This document shows, in pieces, positions 1 through 9,910 of a DNA stretch of 52,893 nt. The stretch covers positions 1-52,893 of the forward strand of contig NW_005434452.1 in NCBI RefSeq assembly GCF_000315625.1, read 5' to 3'. Source of the stretch: Guillardia theta CCMP2712 (lineage: Eukaryota > Protista > Cryptophyta). The translations under genes were made by a program, and so were the position numbers. Under the pieces are notes generated by a model. The model saw only the letters and a program-made list of their open reading frames with translations. It was not told the origin of the DNA and ran no database searches. Within the stretch, counting starts at the first letter, position 1; each line of letters opens with the position of its first letter.

Positions 1-816
1 CTGCAAGCTGCCCCTTTGCCTCTGTAGGCTCCTCTCTTGGCTCGAATCTTGAAAGATCGATCGTGCACGATGCTCACATGTACAGCTGTGAACTTGCGAC
101 CATCGATCGCGAAGTCCTCTCTTCCCTGCCAGAGCTTGTCCGCTTGTGCATTGCGAAGGAAGGAAACAGTCACCGGGATCTCATCAGCACTCGCTATCTC
201 GGGTCTATACGGAGCCTTCCACATGATTGCTTTACTCTCTTGCACTGAGTCTACGATCAGTCCGATCTCTTCAAATTTCTTCTTCAGCTTCTCTTCGTGG
301 TTGACATACACCGAGGAGATGCCCAGGAGAGTCATGGAGATGAAGGAAGTCACCTCGTTGCCTGCTGAGGCGGTGTATGTCTCGACCTTCTCCTTCTTGG
401 CTTCTTCAATCTGCTGTATAAACCATTCTCTGGATGCGTCACTCCATCCAGTCATCGCTTCTTGTAGAAGCTCACGTCGTGCCTGCTGACATGTCGAGCG
501 GATGGCTTCTGCGATAGCGTCGGGGGTGCATCCCTCCACAGCCTTGCAAGCCTGGGCTGTCCTACTGTTCGGATAACGCTTCGCGAAGCTCTTCACCCTC
601 TCGACGAGGTCAGCTTCGAGGACAGAGGCATCCACAAGTCCGCTCTGCGTGTATTGGCAAGATCTCCGATACAGCAGGTTGCGAACATTTTCATCATACT
701 GAAGAACCATACTTAGAAAGCTATTTGAAGTATACAAACCTCTCGCTTGCAGCTTCCTTGGCGCCCTGGCGGCTTCCCCTACACCACGCGTGCAGCCATG
801 GTGCGTGAAATAACCG
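1..816 (-). mobile_element. 5'-truncated LINE ORF1-like (RRM-like) reading frame running off the window edge
   Basis: Minus-strand frame is open from the telomeric tract at 817 to position 1 (absent from the ORF track because there is no stop in the window): ...SMVLQYDENVRNLLYRR...ISMTLLGISSVYVNHEEKLKKKFEEIGLIVDSVQ...VTVSFLRNAQADKLWQGREDFAIDGRKF. The last part has an RRM-like pattern by eye. Confidence 0.5.
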
Positions 817-848
817 CCTAAACCCTAAACCCTAAACCCTAAACCCTA
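817..848 (+). repeat. Telomere-type repeat (CCCTAAA)~4.5
   Basis: Directly visible; Arabidopsis-type TTTAGGG on the minus strand. Confidence 0.95.
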
Positions 849-1408
849 GTAGTAGTAGTAGTTGAGTTTATTAGAATGCTAGGAAGGATCTCAAGGTTTG
901 GTATCACCTTGCCTTTTTCTAGTCTAACAGGGATCTCGTGACCTGGCAGTTCGGCCCGACTTGGCTGGCCCCTATGGCAGCCGTGCTTCTGCTCTGCTCT
1001 CTCCTCCGATGTACTTAGTGGTCTTCTCCAGCCTCAGCCAGTGGAGTTGCGTCCGCCGGCCTTGGCATGGGTCAACCTTGCTTAACTTGTGTTGCTTCCC
1101 CGGCCTCGGCACTCGTTGTTGCTCCGGCCGGCCTTCGGCCGGTGAGTGGATGATGGGTGAGGTGGCAGTGGGTTGTGGATGAGTCCCTGGGACTCACGTC
1201 CCTTTCCCCCGGGCCTCGGTCACGACCGGGCCCGAAAGCCCGGCCGGTCGCCGCCCGGCCTCCTCCCCCCCCGCCCCAACATCCCCGCTCCCCTACCGGC
1301 TTACCTGACTTACCATCAATGCTTGCCCCGTGTCCACCTCATTTATTTCTTCCTCCTTCCCCCCTTGGGGCCCACAGCTCCGCTCCGCCTCTTGTCCACC
1401 TCTAAGAC

Positions 1409-2821
1409 TCAAGCGCGCGAGAGGCCTGCGCCAGCCTCCTCCTCCACGCCCTCGCCCTCCTCAGCTTCCATGTCGACTTCTTCCTTCAGCATCAGCCGNN
1501 NNNNNNNNNNNNNNNNNNNNNNNNNNNNNNNNNNNNNNNNNNNNNNNNNNNNNNNNNNNNNNNNNNNNNNNNNNNNNNNNNNNNNNNNNNNNNNNNNNTC
1601 GACCTTGCCCGTGCATTTCAGGCCTTGGTTTTCAGCAAATTTACTGATCGCAAGAAACAAGAGGCTCACAGATCGACTCTCGATGTCATCGCTCTCAGCC
1701 TCCTGCTCAAGCGCATCAGTTGCTGCTGCTCTTGGAGAGAAAGCGCTGCCCCTCCTCGCTGCTTGCTTCTGCTTCTTGTTCCCCTGTACCTGAGTCCAGC
1801 GCTGCTTGCCCAGGTACGCTCTCAGCTTTTCCTTCAACATGTTGCGCTTCGATCCCAACGACGGCGTGGCTGCCCAAGCTCCGAGCGTCATGAACTCGAC
1901 GTTGCCCGGCGAGTAGAAGGTGTCATGCAGCTTGCCGACACTCTTGTCTAGCTCCAGCGAGATCGGCTTGCCAGCAAGTAGATCCTCCTCTGACGTCTCC
2001 AGGAGCATCGTCGAGAGGTCGACCAAGACCTGCTGGTCGACTGGTCCTGACGGCGAGGCCGCCTCCAGAGTAATCCTGTCGATGTCGCTGAGCTCCAGCC
2101 ATCCAGCGCCTTGCTGCTCCGCCTGTGGCTCCTGAGCCTGCTCCTCGCTCTCCTCTTCATCCTGAGAGCTCCACTTGAAACCCACAGCTTCCAGCTTGAC
2201 TTCCAGGGTCCCTTCCAAGTAGAAGGGCATGTCGTCCATCAGACGTCGAGCCTCTGCCTTGGTCGCCAGGGAGAGAGTTATCAGGCTCCCATCCCAGCTC
2301 AGCGTGTCTCGATCTTCTTGAACCTCAATGCTGGCAAGCTTCAGGTTCATTCTTCTTGCTAATTCCAACATGGCTCGCTTGACTCGCGTGGTCGATGTGT
2401 TACCTCCTCCGCACAGTGCTTCCATCTCCTTCCTCGAAAAGCGGCCTGTGCTCATGCTTGACTTCGACTTGATCTGCACCCTGAAACTGCCGCTTGGAGC
2501 CTGCTCCCTGTCGCGAAGTACCTTCCTCTGCTTGGCAATCTTTCCTCTCGGCACGAAGGTGTCTGCTGTGAGCTCGACTGCAAACGTCTCTCTGAGCTTG
2601 GCGTCGTCGCTGACGAGAGTCAGGTGCACCCCCTCCATCGCCTCGCTCTCTCTGAACGAGGCCAACGTCTGCTCGCAGCTGGCCGTCGATGGGCAGGATA
2701 GTACCCACTCGAGCTCTCTCTGCTGCAGAGCTCCGGTGCTTGCTCCAACAGCAACATACGTCTTCGGGCTCGGCCCCTTGCGACCTCTCTGCCCAGCACC
2801 CTCGACCTCTCTGCCCAGCAC
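1409..2821 (-). CDS. ORF1-like protein (RRM-like segment, acidic stretches), 5'-truncated, contains assembly gap
   Basis: Long intronless ORF without a true ATG start. Its C-terminus is homologous to the fragment at 3009-3283 (LEQEAESDDIESRSVSLLFLAISKFAE vs LEQEAGSDDIERRSLSFLFIALSKFAE). Confidence 0.55.
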   Translation of the reverse strand: MLGREVEGAGQRGRKGPSPKTYVAVGASTGALQQRELEWVLSCPSTASCEQTLASFRESEAMEGVHLTLVSDDAKLRETFAVELTADTFVPRGKIAKQRKVLRDREQAPSGSFRVQIKSKSSMSTGRFSRKEMEALCGGGNTSTTRVKRAMLELARRMNLKLASIEVQEDRDTLSWDGSLITLSLATKAEARRLMDDMPFYLEGTLEVKLEAVGFKWSSQDEEESEEQAQEPQAEQQGAGWLELSDIDRITLEAASPSGPVDQQVLVDLSTMLLETSEEDLLAGKPISLELDKSVGKLHDTFYSPGNVEFMTLGAWAATPSLGSKRNMLKEKLRAYLGKQRWTQVQGNKKQKQAARRGSAFSPRAAATDALEQEAESDDIESRSVSLLFLAISKFAENQGLKCTGKVXXXXXXXXXXXXXXXXXXXXXXXXXXXXXXXXXXRLMLKEEVDMEAEEGEGVEEEAGAGLSRA

Positions 2822-2846
2822 CCTCGACCTCTCTGCCCAGCACCCT
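2781..2846 (+). repeat. 22-bp unit x3 (CGACCTCTCTGCCCAGCACCCT) at the element/telomere-repeat junction
   Basis: Perfect copies at 2781, 2803 and 2825. Confidence 0.95.
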
Positions 2847-2875
2847 CTAAACCCTAAACCCTAAACCCTAAACCC
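2847..2875 (+). repeat. Telomere-type repeat (CCCTAAA)~4
   Basis: Directly visible. Confidence 0.95.
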
Positions 2876-2989
2876 CTCTGCAGGCTTTTCTTGGTTTCCT
2901 CAGCCTCAGGCAGGAGAGCTGCCTTTTCTCCCCTTCGGTTGCCTCCTGCATCCTCTCCTCCTTACTGACTCGTCGGTCGCTCTTCGAGT

Positions 2990-3008
2990 CCTAAACCCTA
3001 AACCCTAA
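2990..3008 (+). repeat. Telomere-type repeat (CCCTAAA)~2.7
   Basis: Directly visible. Confidence 0.9.
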
Positions 3009-3283
3009 GGCCCTCTTGCTTCAAGTTCCTCTCAGCTCAAGCTCGGTACGGGCCGCACTCGCCCCGTCTCCTTCCTCGCCCTCGCCTTGCTCTTCTTCCA
3101 TGTCCTCCTCCTCTTCATCAGCTTCCCTCATCTCCACCCGCAGTCGGTCCTTCTTGTCCACCTTCAGCGAGCAGGCCAGCACATGCATCTCTGCGAATTT
3201 ACTCAGTGCTATGAAAAGGAAGCTCAGAGATCGACGCTCTATGTCGTCGCTCCCCGCTTCCTGCTCAAGCTCAGCGGCTGCCG
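3009..3283 (-). mobile_element. Short fragment of a related ORF1-like element, flanked by telomeric repeats
   Basis: Translation aligns with the C-terminus of ORF 1409-2821; CCCTAAA tracts at 2990-3008 and 3284-3296. Confidence 0.7.
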
Positions 3284-4311
3284 CCCTAAACCCTAAGCAG
3301 GGTGGGATCAGACGTGGAGGGGTGGGGAGCACTTGGAAGGACCTAACCACGACTGATACAAAGGTTCACTCAAACACCTGTACCCTAATGAAACCTTCCA
3401 CCCCCTCCGCTACCCTACCCTACCCCTAAGTTCCGTGACCGCAGAGTTGCAGTGGGCACAGGCAAGGCTCTTGATGGCAGTAGCACAGGTAAGACTGCAT
3501 CGATGTGCATCGTTGAGTCAAGGCCAATGCGACCTCTGATTGACGGTATGTACGTCATTTGATCGATTACTAGTTATCGCTGTTCATTGCATTGCAGGCA
3601 GACTTTTGGTTTGGCTTATCATGGAAGCATGAGGTTGATTGGGATACCTGGAAATAGAAAAATTAATGGCATGTCGCATGACACGGTTGAACAAGTGCCA
3701 ATGGTCAACTCATTTCTGGAAGCCCCGTCCTCCCCTCCATCGACAACGCTTGATTCAATCATTCATCTTCCTTCCCGCCACTAGATTGAGTTCGAACTGT
3801 TAAGGGAAAACAGGATGGCAAGTAGATCAAATTTCTTATCAAAATCTGCAGCAATGCAGACTTTGCAGAGCAATGCAGCTGATTTAAGTTGTCACCAAAG
3901 GATAAAGTCTCAAATGCAGAATTTTCAAACAATCGAGAATTATTGTGCCTCGGAAGGACCCTGACCAGTGAACAAAGGAATACTCTGTATTCATTTCATT
4001 CGCTTATAATCTATCCTACATGGTTGCGATTCTCAAACAGGTACATGATAGCACATGGATGGCCCGCTAGATTGTGTGATTTTCTGAGTGTTCTTCATAC
4101 TTGAAATGAAAGTAATCAGAAGTAAGAAACTAAAACTAGGATCACGTTAATGTTAAGCAGCTGAGATTTCATTCAAGCTTCATTGTGACGATTTACTTTT
4201 GTTTGGCATTCGCCCAATGGCAATTCATGAAGCACAAGTGCAATGATGACATTGATGATACGCAAGAATCTTGTTAGAATCCAAGAATTGGGCTCGGAAG
4301 TTTTCACTGAT

Positions 4312-4850
4312 TCATCCACACCATAGTAAGCACAGATTCCAAGTGAAATCTAGGCATTGGTCCTGAAAATCCTCCATACATTTCCAAAGACAACTAGGGT
4401 GGGACCTGCACTCATTCTCTTTGTCCGATGTTCCTTCATGTGCGTTCAAACGTAAGAATGATTCGCTTTTTTGAGTGGTCCGTCGAAGTGTACTTCTCCA
4501 CCACACTCATCCAATCCACATCTCTTAGAAGCCACGTTTGAGTTCGCACAATGAGATTTCCTCTTTCAGACATGGTGAGGCCTCTCTCGTCGAAAGCTTT
4601 AAGACCGTTCATTTCTCATACAAGCACTCAGCAGCATTGTAGCTGCCTTTCGAGTAGTCTGCCACTACCCCCGGATAGCACAATCCCCTTGGGCAATACT
4701 TGCTCCCGGTCCCTCGAGTACATCACCGCTGCACACAGCCTTGGCGACGATGACCCCGGCAGTAGGGCAGTAGTGGCCGACCGGACAGACCACGCTGACG
4801 TTGGGATCCGCGCTAGCAGACGCACCTGTACGGCAACTTGGAGTGTCCAC
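4312..4850 (-). pseudogene. Decayed cysteine-rich (GCC2/GCC3-like) surface protein remnant
   Basis: CPVGHYCP and SCLWKCMEDF motifs in different frames, with stops and frameshifts between them. Confidence 0.35.
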
Positions 4851-4885
4851 GTCTCAGACGTGACTCGAGCCTGGGCCTCATTGCA

Positions 4886-5162
4886 GGGTTTAGGATTTCG
4901 AGCGCTGGCAAGTGTTTGGTATAATTCAAACAGCTTTCTAAGTATAGTTCTTAAGTATGATGAAAGTGTTCGCAACATGCTGTATCGGAGATCATGCCAA
5001 TACATGCAGGGCGAGCACAGCTCATGCTTGCAACTTGCAACTGAAGGCTGTGGCGGGTTGCACCCCCGACGCTATCGCCCATCCGCACGACATGTCCGCA
5101 GGCACGACGTGAGTTTTCTACAAGGAGCGATGAATGAATGGAATGAAGCATGAGAATAGGTT
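4886..5162 (+). mobile_element. Decayed inverted copy of the element at ~420-750, preceded by GGGTTTAGG
   Basis: The reverse complement aligns by eye to ~420-750 with an internal deletion (SFLSIVLKYDESVRNMLYRRSCQY vs SFLSMVLQYDENVRNLLYRRSCQY). Confidence 0.8.
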
Positions 5163-5735
5163 GACAACACTGGCTCGACTCAAATACAAGTTCATATCCA
5201 ACACACTCTATAATTTTGCTTGAGTAATGACGCTACAAATGATTTGATCAAGGTTAGCATATTGATTTGATTGCGCTGGATCAGTTTATCTACCCATGTA
5301 CAGCCTCATCATATCGCTTCTGATAAATCCCCCATTCCCCGGCTTCCCGTTCTCGCCCTTCATTCCGTCTCCTCGTCCCGTCGCCTGTTTATGTACGCAG
5401 CTGACCGTCTTGAGCTGGCACAGAGGTGCTCGCTTCTTGCACACAACTGTTTGATGTCTCTGCGTTTGCTTGGCTTGAGCACATGTGTGATATTCAGACA
5501 CAAAACATCCCGGGATGCTCCGAGTCAGCTAGTCATTAGCCCACAACATGTCTCAAGTATAGACAATCGGGCAACCTGCAGTCTAGCTCTCTCGGCTCGC
5601 CCATACTCTTTCTTATGCTCATAGATGACCATCCCACAACTACCGTCCTACGACTGTGAGTGCATATACTCGTTAATGATGTCTCAGCAGATATCGAGTT
5701 GTAGTCTTGTCTACATTTACTCCAATTACAAACGT

Positions 5736-6230
5736 CTAATGATCCTCGAGCCATTCTGCATAAATGCGGTCTAGCTCAACTTCGTGAACAATCTTGTGAG
5801 GCAGTCTGTCCCGCCATTTCGGGTCTTCGAAGTTGTACTTCCAGGTCTTGGAAGATCCACAGGCGTAGCGTCCAACCCACCTCTCTGCAGCTGAATGAAA
5901 AATGGCATCAACCATCCAGTCACCGCCATCAGCAGATTCAATAAATTTGTAGAAAGGAATGGGTGGGCTCCATGCGGTCTCAAACTTCAGATGAAAGGCA
6001 AGGTCGTCGCGTTCCCATGTGGGATCTGGGACATCCCACTTGGTGCCATAACGCTGAACATTCCAATGGAACCAATCAGCCGAAGCTGGACGTGGCAAGA
6101 AGTGCCCAAACAGTCCTATGTCGCCCTGCACACCCTCCATGTCAAGCCCCTTGAGAAATGTTTCGAAGGATTGCGCTCTCATAGCACATGCAGCACACAT
6201 CACCACGCTATTGTAGACCATGTCAGGCAT
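5736..6230 (-). CDS. DUF1281/YubB ferredoxin-like domain protein (phage/plasmid/virus-type), intronless, ~164 aa
   Basis: Family-like motifs MPDMVYN (cf. MPNWxxN), WFHWNVQRYGTKWD and FETAWSPP; ATG at 6230. Confidence 0.75.
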   Translation of the reverse strand: MPDMVYNSVVMCAACAMRAQSFETFLKGLDMEGVQGDIGLFGHFLPRPASADWFHWNVQRYGTKWDVPDPTWERDDLAFHLKFETAWSPPIPFYKFIESADGGDWMVDAIFHSAAERWVGRYACGSSKTWKYNFEDPKWRDRLPHKIVHEVELDRIYAEWLEDH

Positions 6231-6815
6231 CCTGTCTGTCGCAACCTTCAGACCGCGGAGCGGCAAACAAGCCTCGCCCCACCCAAAATGCCAGTACGGG
6301 TGCGTAGTTATGTCTCTATGGTCCGTGGTCGGGTTGGGTGGGCCTTGGGGTGGGTCATCCTGGGGCTCAATAGGGGGTATCCGCAAGTTGTCTCGGTGGT
6401 GACCTTGCCCGAGGGAGGGTGGGGTAGGGAACCACCCATGGGCAGGGCAGGCAGCCGCCGGCGGTAGGCAGACCTACCACGGGCTTTGCTGTCTTTCTGT
6501 CCGGCAGAGTTGCACTGACTTACAACTATATATATATGTCCGAGACTGTCACATCAGTGTCACGAGTAGTGCCAGTCAAAATAGCTTGATCGGTCATCGG
6601 ACAAGCCTTGCCAGTTGATGCCAGGCTGCTGGTGAGGTCACCGGGCCCCGATGCAGTAGGGCACTGGCCGGTGGCAGTTGAACCCGGTGAAGCCGGGGAT
6701 GCAGTGCCGCAGCGGCGGCCCCCGCCGGGCCGGCGGCCGGCCGGCGGGCCGCCGCCCGGCCCTGAGTGCCGCGGGGCGGCGGACATTGAATTGTCTGTTC
6801 ACAGGCAGGACCTTC

Positions 6816-7299
6816 TTTACTCAAAGTTAAGTTAAAAATCAGTTCTGTTCAACTAAGTTCCGCTCAGGCTTTGCCCAGCAGGTTTCAAGTAGTACTCGGA
6901 GTTCCACCCCCCGGTGCAGTTTTTCGAATATACTAGAGTGAGTAGGTAGGGCCACCCCCGTGCAGCAGGCAAGTTTTGCTTTGCGGCTCTGACTTAGTTT
7001 GCCGCGCCCGTCACGAAGCGGCCACAGTCACTCAGTGCCGGCCGGGCGGCGGCCGTAGCCGGCCAAGGCTGAGGGAAGAAGCCGTGCCAGGTCGAACTTC
7101 GGAAATGGACCCAGTGTGAACCGATTTCGCAGTTGGCAGGATTGGGTTTGGTTCTCGCTGTCTTTGCTCTTCTCGCCGTTTGGCCTGTGCGACAGTGTCA
7201 GGGTCAAGCCTCCTCCGAGGCTCCGGCGCTCGGACTCTCGGAGGCTCCTGCCACTGACCGATTGTCCTCGTACTGATTTTTAACTTAACTTTGAGTAAA
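6816..7299. mobile_element. 484-bp element with perfect 28-bp terminal inverted repeats (MITE-like)
   Basis: TTTACTCAAAGTTAAGTTAAAAATCAGT at 6816-6843 and its exact reverse complement at 7272-7299. A related right end is at ~34008-34151. No clear TSD. Confidence 0.6.
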
Positions 7300-7530
7300 A
7301 GATTTCAACTAGTCACTCTGACTAACGGTGGGTTGACTAAAATCATAATAAATCGGGAGGTATGGTGAGGACGATAAAGGGGGGAGGGAGACACAGAGGC
7401 GTTGGAAAGGAGATGTGAAAGGCAATACCACGTCAAGAAGGAATCCTTCAAGTCAACCAGTTGATCTTGCGAAAAAGTGCATGCCATCTTATTCAGGACT
7501 GACGACACTTGCAGGAGCGCTGGACTCCAT

Positions 7531-8448
7531 ATGCCACCGAACGTGTTTGTCCTAGAGGGCAAGGGGGGATCAGCCTCTCCTCCTGCCATCATTATTCTCT
7601 TTGGCTGGCTCGGAGCACCTGAAAAACACCTGATGAAGTACGGGGATATGTATCGCTCAGCGACGAGCGGCATTATTATCGGGACAACAGCGTCCCCGTT
7701 GGATATCATGCTGAGGAACGATCGTAAGCTTTGCGAGGTCGGGATCGAAGCCTTCCGAAAGGCTTCATCAGCTCTGCATGTGCATGGAGATGAAGCAAAG
7801 CTATACATCCATTGCTTTTCCAACGGTGGAGCGTTCTTATGGGACGCCTTGAGGAGAAGGATTGAGCGATGCATCGAGGCGAAAGATGGATACTCCAATC
7901 CAGATGCCGAGCTGCTAAAGTTCACTCACTCAAGGCTTGCAGGGCAGGTGAAATTCCCTGATCCGACTCGGTAAAACAACACACATTGAGCGTTTTGATA
8001 GATTTTTGACTCGTCGCCGTGCTATCTGGTGCCAAGCAAGGGATTATCTGCCATTGGCATTGCCATCAACAGTCTCATGCCTCGCTTGTTGGTTCAGACA
8101 TTTTTCTTCCTGCAAGTCACCTTTCAGGCCTTGTATGATTTTTTCACATTACAGCGACAACTGCCTCAGCGATGGTGGGACTCCTTGATAAAATCACCTG
8201 CGATCGGCAAAGAACTTTACCTTTACTCTGATTCAGACCAACTTCTTGATAAGAATCACCTGGAGATGGTATTTACTTTGCTTGATTATGTATCATTATG
8301 ACTTTGCTATGTTCAGCTAATTGCAAAGCGGCGGGAAAGAAAAGTTCTAGTCGAGTCTCATTTGTTTCATGGAGCCGGCCATGTCCAATTGTTTAGAAAT
8401 GAACCTCAAGAGTATTCTAAGAGATGTCTCGCGTTTTGTGATCTATAG
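7531..8448 (+). CDS. DUF829/TMEM53-like alpha/beta-hydrolase-fold protein (exons ~7531-7947, 8002-8268, 8317-8448)
   Basis: Motifs ILFGWLG, HCFSNGG, Q|IFDSSP, LYLYSDSDQL, HVQLFRNEPQEY; GT-AG introns restore the frame. Start codon uncertain. Confidence 0.85.
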
Positions 8449-9121
8449 ATTTGAGACTGATACAACGTGTCACAAGAGCTCGAAATACTGCTGCTGCTAC
8501 ATAATGCTACTGCTACTATGAGTTGACCTGCTGTTCTTGATCGTTGCAATGAAGACTTGTTTTGCAAGCTATACATAGCGGAGCACGATCAGATTTTGTT
8601 TTTGCAATTTGCTAAGTGGACTGGGACTGCCTCAATGAAAAGCTGCTGTTAATGTATGGGAGAGTTTAATTGTCTCTATTGCAGTCCCTCTTAGGAGGTC
8701 CTTGCCAGAACGATCTTGGGCCTTAAATCTTAGGCCTTAAATGAAGACAAATCCAATCATCAAAGGTACTCTCTGTCGCACATTCCATGTATTTACTCGA
8801 GAGTTGCTTGCCCCATCGTTCCCAGCCAGATTCATTTTTGACTGAGGAGAAACGCTCCAGGAGTTCGTGAAAAACAGCTTTGCTCAAACATGATAAAAGT
8901 GCTGGAAATGACGTCTTGCAACAGGTCTGCATTTTTTCATGATATCAAACGAAAAGACGGGGAGAGCTGAGGAGCATGGACTGGCGAGTACATGAGCAGT
9001 ACTGTTGTGTTAAACAACGCAAGGACATTTCACGAATGATGTATGAGTGAGGGAACTCTACATGAAAGCACTTCAACTAGGAAGATTATATTATACATGC
9101 ACATCTCAGCTAAAATCCATA

Positions 9122-9556
9122 TCAAGTTTGCACATGTTGCATAACTTCTTGAAAGATTTCTGCTTGGAAGAATGAATTGAATTTCCAAGAGACATAGCCA
9201 TCTTCGCACGTCTGCAGAACACAGTCTGATAATTCGTCTGTGCAAGCGCTCGAGGATGACGAAAACGTTTGGCTTGACGTGTCTCCGTCTTCAGAAGAAG
9301 GGGAAGAGAATTGAAAAATGCTACTTGACGTTTTCGGGCCGGTGGCATCTGCCCAATTGTTGATCCCAACGTATTTGCATGCATTCTTTAAAGCTGTAAG
9401 CGATATGTCAAGTTTTTCAGCTGCTTCACGTTGACTGTACTGTTGATACTCTTGAAGAGTTTCCTTGTCCAAAGTAATGGGCAGTCTGTTATTTTTTTCT
9501 TCATTCTTCCTTTTCCGAGGAATTACAGTAATTTTTAGTGGGGGGAGGTTTTGCAT
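9122..9556 (-). CDS. RWP-RK domain transcription factor-like protein
   Basis: ITLDKETLQEYQQYSQREAAEKLDISLTALKNACKYVGINNW matches the RWP-RK core; upstream VIPRKRK motif. Confidence 0.8.
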   Translation of the reverse strand: MQNLPPLKITVIPRKRKNEEKNNRLPITLDKETLQEYQQYSQREAAEKLDISLTALKNACKYVGINNWADATGPKTSSSIFQFSSPSSEDGDTSSQTFSSSSSACTDELSDCVLQTCEDGYVSWKFNSFFQAEIFQEVMQHVQT

Positions 9557-9910
9557 AAATGAATGTATTTCGTAAGTGATTCCTTGCTTGGTGTAAAGTA
9601 TGTCACTCAATCGTATGTAGGCAAGAATGTAAAATTGCCATGCACATCTGTTGTTTAGCACGTGTTGCTAAGAATTTAAATGTCAAATGCACAAACTAAG
9701 ATGTTCGTTTCTGCTATAGGTTGAGCGTGAACTGAAAGATGACTATTTTGCTTGGCGCTTGAACGGTAAGAGGGAGAAGAGGAAAAGAAACAACAGACGC
9801 AAGAACGAAACAACGGATGTACGCGAAGTGGTCGGCGCGGCTTGTAATAATAACAGGCTCGCACAAAAGGAAGAGGATGGTATCGACAGATGCAATGGGT
9901 ACTTCACATT

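Larger units (their letters stand above)
849..2846 (-). mobile_element. Non-LTR retrotransposon-like unit between telomeric tracts (ORF1-like ORF, 3' UTR, AATAAA, (CTA)n tail)
   Basis: Bounded by CCCTAAA tracts at both ends. The minus strand ends in a hairpin (892-911), AATAAA (867-872) and (CTA)5 fused to GGGTTTAGGG. Confidence 0.65.

Noticed and set aside
37-489. Plus-strand 150-aa ORF
   Set aside because: Antisense shadow of the longer minus-strand frame (1-816), which has a protein-like composition and a homolog at 4886-5162.
849-2846. Endonuclease-deficient Penelope-like (Athena/Coprina) assignment
   Set aside because: No RT and no canonical hammerhead core seen, and the ORF and tail polarity lie on the G-rich strand, opposite to the expectation for telomere-primed PLEs. 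Not fully excluded.
817-3296. CCCTAAA tracts separated by unique 'spacers' as a CRISPR-like array
   Set aside because: The repeats are telomeric heptamers, the spacers are 0.1-2 kb coding fragments, there are no cas genes, and the context is eukaryotic.
6231-6386. N-terminal extension of the 216-aa ORF in the track
   Set aside because: Starts at a non-ATG codon in a G/C-tract region; the family-like start MPDMVYN is at 6230.
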